Virus record (IMG/VR): IMGVR_UViG_3300035145_001815
Coordinates: 1 to 30,955 of that record
DNA length: 30,955 nt
Direction: 5' to 3' (one strand)
Source of the DNA: a virus
Lineage: Duplodnaviria; Caudoviricetes
Positions 8,014 through 18,000 of the stretch are shown one piece after another. A model generated the notes under the pieces. That model did not search any database. It was not told the origin of the DNA and saw nothing but the letters and a program-made list of their open reading frames with translations. The translations under genes were made by a program, and so were the position numbers. Numbering within the stretch: position 1 is the stretch's first letter; every line of letters begins with the position of its first letter.

Positions 8014-8457
8014 ATGGCTACAAATGACAAACCTTTATACAAAAGTATTACAGTAAAAGCGGCAAATACCGAACAAGGACCTGTGACAAGTAAAAAGTAT
8101 AGAGGTATTAGCACAGTAAATCCTGACGCAGGTAGCTTCAATTTGTATGACATAAATCTAATAAAACAAGATATCGTTAATCATTTTCATATAAGGCAAG
8201 GCGAAAAGCTAGAAAACCCACAATTTGGAACAATTATTTGGGATATACTTTTTGAACCTCTTACAGATGGCCTTAGAGATGCTATCATTCAAAATGTAAC
8301 AGAAATTATTAATTATGATCCTAGAGTAAGTGTTGATAGTGTAACAGTTGACACCTACGAAAGTGGCATTCAAATTGACTGTGCTCTCACATATTTGACT
8401 TATAGTATTAGTGAAACAATGCGATTGAAATTCGATCAAAGTGCAGGACTAATTTAA
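8014..8457 (+). CDS. gp25: Baseplate wedge/sheath-initiator protein, gp25 (GPW/gp25 family)
   Basis: 147 aa. LIKQDIVNHFHIRQGEKLENPQFGTIIWDILFEP...IINYDPRV matches the gp25 consensus (GER...P.FG..L...LFE...EPRV). Confidence 0.93.
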   Translation: MATNDKPLYKSITVKAANTEQGPVTSKKYRGISTVNPDAGSFNLYDINLIKQDIVNHFHIRQGEKLENPQFGTIIWDILFEPLTDGLRDAIIQNVTEIINYDPRVSVDSVTVDTYESGIQIDCALTYLTYSISETMRLKFDQSAGLI

Positions 8458-8485
8458 CTGCGCACTTTATTAAATCACATAAATA
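8456..8485 (+). promoter_or_regulatory. Putative late promoter (TAAATA core) with upstream AACTRYGCACTT element, copy 2
   Basis: AACTGCGCACTT-N12-TAAATA (TAAATA 8480-8485) in the gp25-gp6 gap, followed by SD GAGGA and ATG 8509. Confidence 0.7.
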
Positions 8486-8508
8486 TTACAAAGTGAGGAC
8501 AGTGCAAT

Positions 8509-11500
8509 ATGTCAAATACAGAACGTCAAAATAGACTTCTCTTAGCAGAAGATTGGAAAACAATATATCAGAGTTTCAAATACGCTGATTTTCAAAGTTA
8601 TGACTTTGATAATCTCCGTAGAACAATGATAAGTTATATTCGTCAAAATTACCCAGAAGATTTCAACGACTACATTGAATCAAGTGAATACCTTGCACTG
8701 ATTGACTTGATTGCTTTTCTTGGACAAAACCTCGCTTTTAGAACAGACTTAAATGCCCGTGAAAATTTTATTGAAGTAGCAGAACGTAGAGAAAGCATTC
8801 TCCGTTTAGCTAGACTTATTAGCTACAATCCTAAAAGGAATCAAGCAGCAAACGGTTTACTTAAAATTGAAAGCATTAGCACTACTGAAGATGTTGTTGA
8901 CAGTAACGGAAACAACCTATCAAATCAAAGTATAATTTGGAATGATGGCACAAACCCTAATTGGTATGAACAGTTTATTAAAGTTTTAAATGCTTCTTTG
9001 CCTGTGTCTACATCATTTGGCAGACCTATTAAAAAAGCAAACATTAATGGCGTTGCTACTGAACAATATAGGTTCAATGGCATTAACACTGATATACCAA
9101 GTTTTACTTTTAGTAAACAAATTAACAGTTTAAGCACAAACTTTGAAATAGTAAGCACAGGTATTGATACTGATACAAACACACTTATTGAAGAAGATCC
9201 GTTGCCTGGAAATAAAATGGCATTTGTTTATAGAGACAACGGTCAAGGAGCAGGATCAAGCAACAGTGGATTCTTTATGCACTTTAGACAAGGGTCATTA
9301 AAAAACAATGTTTTTGACATTACAAACAATGCACCAAATACTGTTGTAAACATTGATACAGATAATATCAATGATAGTGATGTTTGGCTTTACAAATTAG
9401 ATAAGCAAGGCAACGAAGAAGCTCTTTGGACAAAGGTAGATGCTGTAGAGGGAAACAATGTAATTTATAACAGCGTGTCAAAAGGAATTCGTGACATATA
9501 TGCTATTCAGACTAGAATAGAAGATAGGATTAGTTTAATTTTTGCTGACGGAGTATTTGGAAATATACCAAAAGGACAATTTAAAGTATATTATAGAACT
9601 AGTAAAAATTTAGATTTTAGAATCAATCCAAATGACCTTATTGGCATTAATGTTCAGATACCATACATTGACAGGACTAATAAAGAACAAACATTAAATC
9701 TAGTTTTAGAACTTAAGGCAGTCGTAGAAAACGCATCAACTAGTGAAGAAAACGAAAGCATTAAGAGTTTTGCGCCTAGCACATACTACACACAAAACAG
9801 ATTAATTACAGGCGAAGATTACAACATAGGAACGCTTGGTATTAATCAACAGATTATAAAAACCAAAGCAATAAACCGAACCAGTAGTGGTATCAGTAGA
9901 TATTATGATTTGCGTGATGCAACAGGAAAATACAGTAATACATTAATGTATGGTGCTGACGGTGTTTTGTTTTCAGATGAATTTACAGAATTAGACAGTT
10001 TTGAATTTATTACAAAAACTGATATTGAAGCTGCTATTAATAATAAAATATTGCCTAAGATTAAATCAACAAGTATAAAAAATTATTACTATGAAAACTA
10101 TCCTAGAAACACAAGTATTGCAAATCTAAATATTACATGGAATCAAACAACAACAGGAACTAATATAACCACAGGTTATTTTGTTGATTCTTTTAGTTTG
10201 CCTGTGACAGTAAGTTCATTCACACAAGGTTTACCAAAATACATTGAACCCGAAGCTCTTATTAAATTTGTTGCACCATCAGGCAAACATTTTATGACCA
10301 ACGATAATAATAGATTAATGGACGGTGATGCCGATCATCCTGGTGCAGCTACTTATATATGGAGTAAAGTAATAAGTGTAGACGAAGGCGGCACTGTTGT
10401 AGATAACGATACAGGATTAGGTCCAGTAGTATTCAATGATATAATTCCAAACGGTGTAAGTGTTGCTGAAATTATTTCTCCTATAGTAGGTGCATTGAGC
10501 GGAGATGTAACAGTTCAACTTGTAGATCAGATTTTTGCATATAAAACATTTGGATTGAGATATGATGTTGATATTAGACAATGGAAACTAATATTAAATA
10601 CAAACTTAAACACTAGTTCGGAATTTAGTTTAGGAAAACAAGGTGATAATACAAATCAGCAATTAGATGCTAGTTGGTTATTACTTTTTGAAACTAATGG
10701 TGAAAAATATACAATTACAACTCGTTCATTTAGATATGTGTTTGAAAGCGATAACGAAATACGTTTTTATCATGATAGTTCTGATAGAATTTATGATAGT
10801 AAAACAGGAAAAGTTGTAAAAGATGTAATAACAGTTTTAGGTAACAATAACCAACCAGATAGTCTAAGTCCTTTTACAAGAGATTTTAAATGGCAGGTTG
10901 TAAAAGAATATAGAGACGCTGACGGTTATGTTGATAATAAAAAATTAGAAGTAGGATTTTTTGATAGTGACGACGACGGAGTGGTTGATAATCCTGATAC
11001 TTTTCGTCATATTGTTGCACCAACAGTATCTCCTACAACAAAATATGTATTTGCAAAAAAATACACTAGAAATGGAACAGAAGTTTATGATTATATAGAC
11101 GCTGATATTGAAAATATAGTAGTGCCAGCATTAGGAGACCCAAATGCAATATCTTCGTATGCAGATGGAACAATAATTTATAATTGGAAAAAAGATATTT
11201 TTTACACTGTAAATCTAACAACAAACCAATTTGTTTTAAACACAGATTATATTGTATACACAGGTAGAGATAAAATAAGATTTGGTTATAGTCATGCAGC
11301 TAATGAAAATAGAAGAATTGATCCAAGTAGTTCAAACATAATGGATGTTTATATGTTAACAAAAACATATGACACAAATTATAGAAAATATCTAAGCGGA
11401 GAAATTACAGATCCTGTATTGCCTCCGAGTAGCGATAGTCTTTTTCAAAGTTATGGGGCAGACATTGCACAGATAAAAAGTATAAGTGATGAAGTAATTT

Positions 11501-12045
11501 ATCATCCAGTAAAATATAAACCACTTTTTGGTAGTGAAGCGAGTAGTAATTTGCAGGCAGTATTTAAAATTGTAAAAAATCCTGGTAGAGTAGTAAATGA
11601 CAATGATATTAAGGCACGAGTAATTGATGCAGTGAATGAATATTTTGCATTAGAAAATTGGGATTTTGGTGAAACATTTTATTTCAGTGAATTAGCAGCG
11701 TATATTGTTAAGCAAGTATCTCCGGATTTAAGTAGTATTGTTCTTGTGCCTAGACAAGAATCCCAAAGTTTTGGTAGCATGTATGAAATTAAAAGCGAAA
11801 ATGACGAAATCTTTATCAGTTCTGCAACTGTTGAAGATGTTGAAATAATAGATGCAATTACTGCAAGTAGATTAAAAGCAACTGGTAATGTTGTTACAAG
11901 TGACGAAGTATTAAACACAGGTGTGCAAAGTAGCGAATCTGCAACTACAGTAATTATTGGAGGAGATAATACTGTCTCTTCAAGTAGTTCAGGAAGCAGT
12001 GGCTCAGGCAGTAGCGGTTCAAGTGGCGGAGGATATGGTTACTAA
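8509..12045 (+). CDS. gp6: Baseplate wedge protein gp6 (baseplate J-like), enlarged
   Basis: 1178 aa. DFQSYDFDNLRRTMISYIR...FNDYIESSEYLALIDLIAF...ENFIEVAERRESILRLARLISYNPKR, LIFADGVFGNIP, ESIKSFAPSTYYTQNRLITGEDY and C-terminal DFGETFYFSEL are gp6 motifs. Follows gp25. Confidence 0.9.
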   Translation: MSNTERQNRLLLAEDWKTIYQSFKYADFQSYDFDNLRRTMISYIRQNYPEDFNDYIESSEYLALIDLIAFLGQNLAFRTDLNARENFIEVAERRESILRLARLISYNPKRNQAANGLLKIESISTTEDVVDSNGNNLSNQSIIWNDGTNPNWYEQFIKVLNASLPVSTSFGRPIKKANINGVATEQYRFNGINTDIPSFTFSKQINSLSTNFEIVSTGIDTDTNTLIEEDPLPGNKMAFVYRDNGQGAGSSNSGFFMHFRQGSLKNNVFDITNNAPNTVVNIDTDNINDSDVWLYKLDKQGNEEALWTKVDAVEGNNVIYNSVSKGIRDIYAIQTRIEDRISLIFADGVFGNIPKGQFKVYYRTSKNLDFRINPNDLIGINVQIPYIDRTNKEQTLNLVLELKAVVENASTSEENESIKSFAPSTYYTQNRLITGEDYNIGTLGINQQIIKTKAINRTSSGISRYYDLRDATGKYSNTLMYGADGVLFSDEFTELDSFEFITKTDIEAAINNKILPKIKSTSIKNYYYENYPRNTSIANLNITWNQTTTGTNITTGYFVDSFSLPVTVSSFTQGLPKYIEPEALIKFVAPSGKHFMTNDNNRLMDGDADHPGAATYIWSKVISVDEGGTVVDNDTGLGPVVFNDIIPNGVSVAEIISPIVGALSGDVTVQLVDQIFAYKTFGLRYDVDIRQWKLILNTNLNTSSEFSLGKQGDNTNQQLDASWLLLFETNGEKYTITTRSFRYVFESDNEIRFYHDSSDRIYDSKTGKVVKDVITVLGNNNQPDSLSPFTRDFKWQVVKEYRDADGYVDNKKLEVGFFDSDDDGVVDNPDTFRHIVAPTVSPTTKYVFAKKYTRNGTEVYDYIDADIENIVVPALGDPNAISSYADGTIIYNWKKDIFYTVNLTTNQFVLNTDYIVYTGRDKIRFGYSHAANENRRIDPSSSNIMDVYMLTKTYDTNYRKYLSGEITDPVLPPSSDSLFQSYGADIAQIKSISDEVIYHPVKYKPLFGSEASSNLQAVFKIVKNPGRVVNDNDIKARVIDAVNEYFALENWDFGETFYFSELAAYIVKQVSPDLSSIVLVPRQESQSFGSMYEIKSENDEIFISSATVEDVEIIDAITASRLKATGNVVTSDEVLNTGVQSSESATTVIIGGDNTVSSSSSGSSGSGSSGSSGGGYGY
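11974..12042 (+). repeat. Ser/Gly low-complexity tail of gp6 (SSSSSGSSGSGSSGSSGGGYGY)
   Basis: Directly visible in the translation. Mixed Ser codons, so not a perfect DNA microsatellite. Confidence 0.85.
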
Positions 12046-15000
12046 TGTCTTATAATGATGAACAAAATGAATACCCGTTACCAGCTAATGATTCTAACGA
12101 TCAGCGTAGTGCTAATTTTTTACCTAGATTTTTTAGAACAGATGCAAACAAAAAGTTTTTAGGTAGCACATTAGATCAAGTTACAAATCCTGGTGTTGTT
12201 GAAAAAATTAATGCTTTTGCAGGACGTAGAGAAGCAAAAGCAGCAAAGTCTACAGATACATATCTTGCTGATGTAAGTGCAGATAGAGAAGATTATCAAT
12301 TAGAACCTGCTGTTGTCATCAAAGATAACATTGGAAACGTTGAGTTTTACAAAGACTATAATGACTATATAGGCCAATTAACAAGTTTCAGATCTACAAC
12401 AAAAAATCACAGCTTTCTGAACAGTCAAGAATTTTATGCATGGGATCCACATATTGACTGGGATAAATTTACAAACTTCCGTGAATACTATTGGTTACCA
12501 AATGGTCCACAAGAAGTTCCAGTAAGAGGTCAAAGTTTAGAAGTCAAAAGCACTTATACAATTACAACTGTAACCGATGACGACAACGTGGCTTATTTGT
12601 TTACACCAAATGGATTGACAAGAAATCCAAACATAAAATTATTTAGAGGACAAACTTATAGATTTGAAATAGATTGTCCAGGACATCCTATTAGCATTGC
12701 AGTGAGTAGAGCTTTTCAGCCTGCTGTAGATGTGGTTGATAGTAGTCTTATTACTACACTTTATGATGACGGTGTTGAAATTACTCCTACAGATACTGAT
12801 AATCTAAAAAACAGAGAGTATGCAATTGATAGTGGATTTATAGAAAAAGGTGTTTTAGAATTTACTGTGCCTATGAATGCACCTGAAACACTTTATTATA
12901 TAAGCCAAAATGATATTAACACAAGTGGTGTTTTTAATATATTTGATATAGAAGCAAATACAAGTATAAATGTTGAAGAAGAAATACTAGGTAAAAAAAC
13001 TTATAGAACAAACAACGGCTGGGATTTTTCTAATGGCATGAAAGTATATTTTACTGGTATTGTAGAACCAGAATCCTATGCGCAAGGATTGTATTATGTC
13101 GAAGGTGTAGGAGACAGTATCAAACTTATTCCGCTGACAGACTTGGCTGTTCCTGCTATATTCACACAAGATACATTAATACCTTTTGACACTAACGGCT
13201 TTGATAGAGTGCCGTTTGGTGATGCAAAAAGTTTTGCTGGAACAAAAGATTATATTTGTATTAATAGAGGTGATGAAAGCAAAAACGGTTGGTCAAGATA
13301 CAACCGCTGGTTTCATAAAGATGTAATAGAACTATCCGCTTCATTAAACAAGCAAGAAACTGGACTGGATGAAGCATTCAGAGCCAAACGTCCGATTATT
13401 GAATTTGAACCAAACATACGTCTGTTTAATCATGGACAAATCGCAAAAGCAAGTGTTGACTTAGTTGACACATTTACAAAAGATGTTTTTAGTAATATTG
13501 AAGGTCAAGCTGGATATAGTGTTGACGGTATAAATTTAGTTGACGGCATGAGAGTGTTGTTTACTGCTGATCCAGATTCATTGGTTAATAGTAAAATATA
13601 TGAAGTAAAATTCTTATTACATACCAATACAACACAAATAAGTCTTGTAGAAACCACTGATACTAATCCTGAATTAGGTCAAACTGTGTTAGTAAAAGAT
13701 GGTGTAAAAAATGCTGGTAAAATGTTTTGGTATGACGGAAATGAATGGAAGTCTGCACAAGATAAAACTGCATTAAATCAAGCACCTGTTTTTGACTTAT
13801 TTGATAGTAATGGTTATAGTGTAGGAGATACAGATTATTATCCTTCTACCAGCTTCCAAGGAAACAGAATTTTTGCATACAGAGTTGGAGCTGGCAACAA
13901 TGATCCGGAGCTAGGCTTTCCATTATCCTATAAAAATATTAATAATGTAGGTGATATAGTTTTTGATTTTCCTTTGCTTACACAAAAGTATGATTATGAA
14001 GCAAATAACGCAATTTTTACAGTAGCAAGTGACGAGTTATTTTTACAAAAAACCAAAGCAGGTGTAACATATTATTGCAATGGTTGGCTTAAAGCCAATG
14101 AATACAGCAGTCAATATGTTGTAAGAAAATACACAGGCGACGATTTACAAAATCGTTTTCCAATTGATGTTTATAAAAATAGTGCAAACTTACAAGATCT
14201 AGTTTGCAAAGTTTTTGTTAACAATAAATTCTTGGTCCAAGGTGTAGACTGGAATTTTGTAGACGATAATGAAATTAGAAATGTTAATCTAGTAAATGAT
14301 TTACAATCTGAAGATGTTGTCATTATAAAAACAAAAAGTGTAGCAGATAAAACTGATCAAGGACATTACGAGGTTCCATACAATCTTGAAAGAAATCCAT
14401 TAAACAACAATATAACTGAATTTACACTAGGACAAGTTAATGATCATGTTGAAGGCATGATTGCTGAAATACCTTCTTTTGTAGGTATGCAACCTGGAAA
14501 AAGCAACCTAAGAGATTTAGGTTTAGTATCTAGTTATGGTAGAAAATTTGTTCAGCACAGCGGGCCGATAAATTTACCATTATATCACTTAACTGATAAA
14601 GATGCAAACATTGTAAAAGCAATAAGATTAGCTAAGACTGAATACAGCAAATTTAAAAGAGAGTTTTTATCTGCTGCTGAAGCAAGTAGTTTTGTAGGAT
14701 CAACAAAAAAACATGTTGATCTCATAATGCAAGAACTCACTAAAGATAAAACAAATAAAATGCCTTTTTACAGCACAGACATGCTAGGATTTGGCGGCGC
14801 AAAATTATTAGAATACACAGTAGTTGACAACAAAAATAGATATTATGCATTATCAAAAGCATTTAGTATTTCTACATTGAGTAAAAAAGCAGTAAATGTT
14901 TACATCAATGATGAGCAACTTATTCATGGTGTTGATTATACCTTTACTCAAAACGGTTTTGTTGATATAACAAAAACTCATGCAGTTGAAGATGTAATTA

Positions 15001-18000
15001 GGATATATGAATACGAAAACACTGAAGGTAGTTTTGTTCCTTTGACTCCTACTAAAATGGCGTTGTATCCTGCTTTTGCTCCTGCTAAAGAAGTTGATAA
15101 TTCTTATTCTACAAATACTAATGTTATTAGAGGACACGACGGTAGTTTCACCGTTGCTTATAATGACTACAGAGATGATTTACTCTTAGAACTTGAAAAA
15201 AGGATTTATAATAATATAAAAGTTTCATATGATCAATCAGTGTTCAACATACACGATTATATTGAAGGAAATTATAGATCAGGAAATATAGATAAATCAG
15301 CAATGGATAAAATCATGATAAGTGATTTTATTTCTTGGTTGCCGTTGGTTGGAAACATTGATTATACAACAAACGATTTTGTTACACAGGGAGATGGATT
15401 TACCTACAACTATAGCAGAAGTTTGAGTCCTACAGGAGAACAATTACCAGGTTATTGGCGAGCAGTTTACAAAATGGCATATGACACAGATAGACCGCAT
15501 TTAACACCTTGGGAAATGTTAGGTTTCAGTGTAAAACCAAGTTGGTGGGAAACGTTATACGGACCTGCCCCATATACAAAAGACAATCTAATCATGTGGA
15601 AGGACATTGAAAAGGGTTATGTAAAAGAACCCGGTAAACCACTCGAAGTTAGAAAATCTTATGTAAGACCTAATTTAACAAGTCATTTACCTGTAAATGA
15701 ATTTGGACAACTTGTTGATCCACTTGCAAGTGGTTATGCTAAAGATTTTAGTTACGCTACAATGAAAAATGATTTATTCAAGTTTGGAGACGAAGCACCT
15801 ATAGAAACTGCTTGGAGACGTAGTAGTGACTATGCTTTCAGTTTGTTAATTGCTATGCTTATCAACAGACCTGCACAAGTTTTTGCGATAGGTTTTGATA
15901 GAGCAAGGACCAGCAGGAATTTAGCAGGTAATTATGTCTATAATAACAAGAAAACAATAAGAGCAAAAGATTTAGTTTTTCCAAAAACAAAAACCAATAA
16001 CGTTGTTAATCAAACTTTAGGATTAATTAATTATATTGAAAATTATTTGCAAACAAACATAAATGCAAATTATGAAAAGTATATTGATAGACTCACAACA
16101 ATTAATTCACAAATGGGAATCAAGTTAGGTGGTTTTGCAGATAAGGATAAGTTGAAATTAGTTCTTGATAGTAGAACACCTTTGAATCAAGGTAATGTTT
16201 TTATACCACAAGAAAACTATCAAATTTTCTTAAACACTAGTAGTGCAAAACAATTGATTTCATACAGTGGTATAATAATTGAAAAATTAACCAAAGGCTA
16301 CAAAGTATCAGGTTACGATAAAGAAGATCCATTTTTTACATATTATAAACCTATCGAAAGTTCAAATGATGTCGCTATTAATGTAGGCGGTATTAGTGAT
16401 AGTTATCTTGATTGGGACGAAGGCAAAACTGTTGTAGCAGGAAAAATAGTAAAATATAATAACCGATTTTTTAGAGCTTTAGAAAATCATGTTACAACAA
16501 CAAGTTTTGATGATAGTTTATATTCGCAATTAAGTAACCTTCCTATTACAGGAGGTGCAAACGCATTGCTTAGAAGAAGATTTGAATCCACAATTTCTAC
16601 AATAGATTATGGAAATGTTTATGCGTCTTTGCAAGAAGTTGTAGATTTTATTTTAGGATATGACAAATATCTAAAAGAATTAGGTTTTACTTTTGATTAC
16701 AATAATAGACAAACGGAAACCATTGAGGATTTTAGATTAGCTACTAGAGAATTTTTATTTTGGACTACACAAAATTGGGCAGAAGCAAGTGTAATTGTTT
16801 TGAGTCCTGGTGCAAACAAACTGTCATTTAATAGAGATTATTTTGTGGTAGATAATCTTTTTGATAATTTTTATGGATTGGATGTTTTGCAAGCTGATAC
16901 TTCAAAATTAAGAAGCAGTTATACAAATATCATTAGAGACAATACAAACCAATTTGGCATTCAACCAAAATCAACATCGCAAGGTATATTCTTTGTAAAA
17001 TTACCGTTGGTGCAAAAAGAACATGTTATACTAATTGATAACACCACAGTATTTAACGATACGATATATGACCCCGAACCAGGTTACAGGCAAGAACGTA
17101 TTAAAATTGTAGGATACAGAACTGATAATTGGAATGGTAGTTTGAACATTCCTGGATTCACATATGATGAAGCATTGGTTACAGAATGGCAATCGTGGAA
17201 AGATTACTATATTGGCGAACTTGTAAAATATAAGCAATTTTATTATAGTGCTATTGCAACTCACACAGGCACAGAAGAATTTAATTTTAACAATTGGAGT
17301 GTTTTATCTAAACGTCCAGAAAGTTCGTTGATGCCTAACTGGGATTATAGAGCTAATCAGTTCACAGATTTTTACGATCTAGACACTGATAATTTTGATG
17401 CAGAACAACAAAGACTTGCACAGCATTTAATAGGATACCAAAAACGTCAATATTTAGAAAATATTATTAATGACGATGTAGCACAATACAAATTTTATCA
17501 AGGCATGATACAAGACAAAGGAACAAAAAATGTCCTTACAAAATTGTTTGATAAACTTGGAAGTGCAGATAAAGATAGTTTAGAATTTTATGAGGAATGG
17601 GCAGTCAGAGTTGGACAATATGGTGCAACAGATAGTTTCAATGAAGTTGAATATAAATTAGACGAAAAACAATTTAGAATTGAACCACAAACTGTTGAAC
17701 TTGTTAACACAGTTGACCAATCAAGAACAGATTTAGTTTATCAATATCCTAAAGCAAATGTGTATTTGAAAGACGATGATTATGATCATGCTCCATTTCC
17801 TACAAACGCAAGTTTAGACGAATATACAAAAACAGGTGGATACGTTGCTCTCGACCAAATAAACTTTATTGCACGTAATTTAAAAGATGTATTGAGCTTT
17901 GATATTAATTCAGTTGATATAAATTCTTATATTTGGGTTCCAGAAGTTCAACAAAGTTGGAATGTTTATAAACATATACAGTCGCCTGCACGCCTTGACA

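Noticed and set aside
8000-8016. TAG readthrough or alternative genetic code
   Set aside because: The lone TAG stop is not in frame with gp25, and code 11 already yields near-complete coding density including a 14-kb ORF.
1460-12045. Bacterial extracellular contractile injection system or T6SS locus
   Set aside because: Adjacent gp47 and gp55-like genes, T4-type late promoter cores and T4-style gp6/gp25/gp53 point to a phage genome. No eCIS ATPase or T6SS membrane genes are present.
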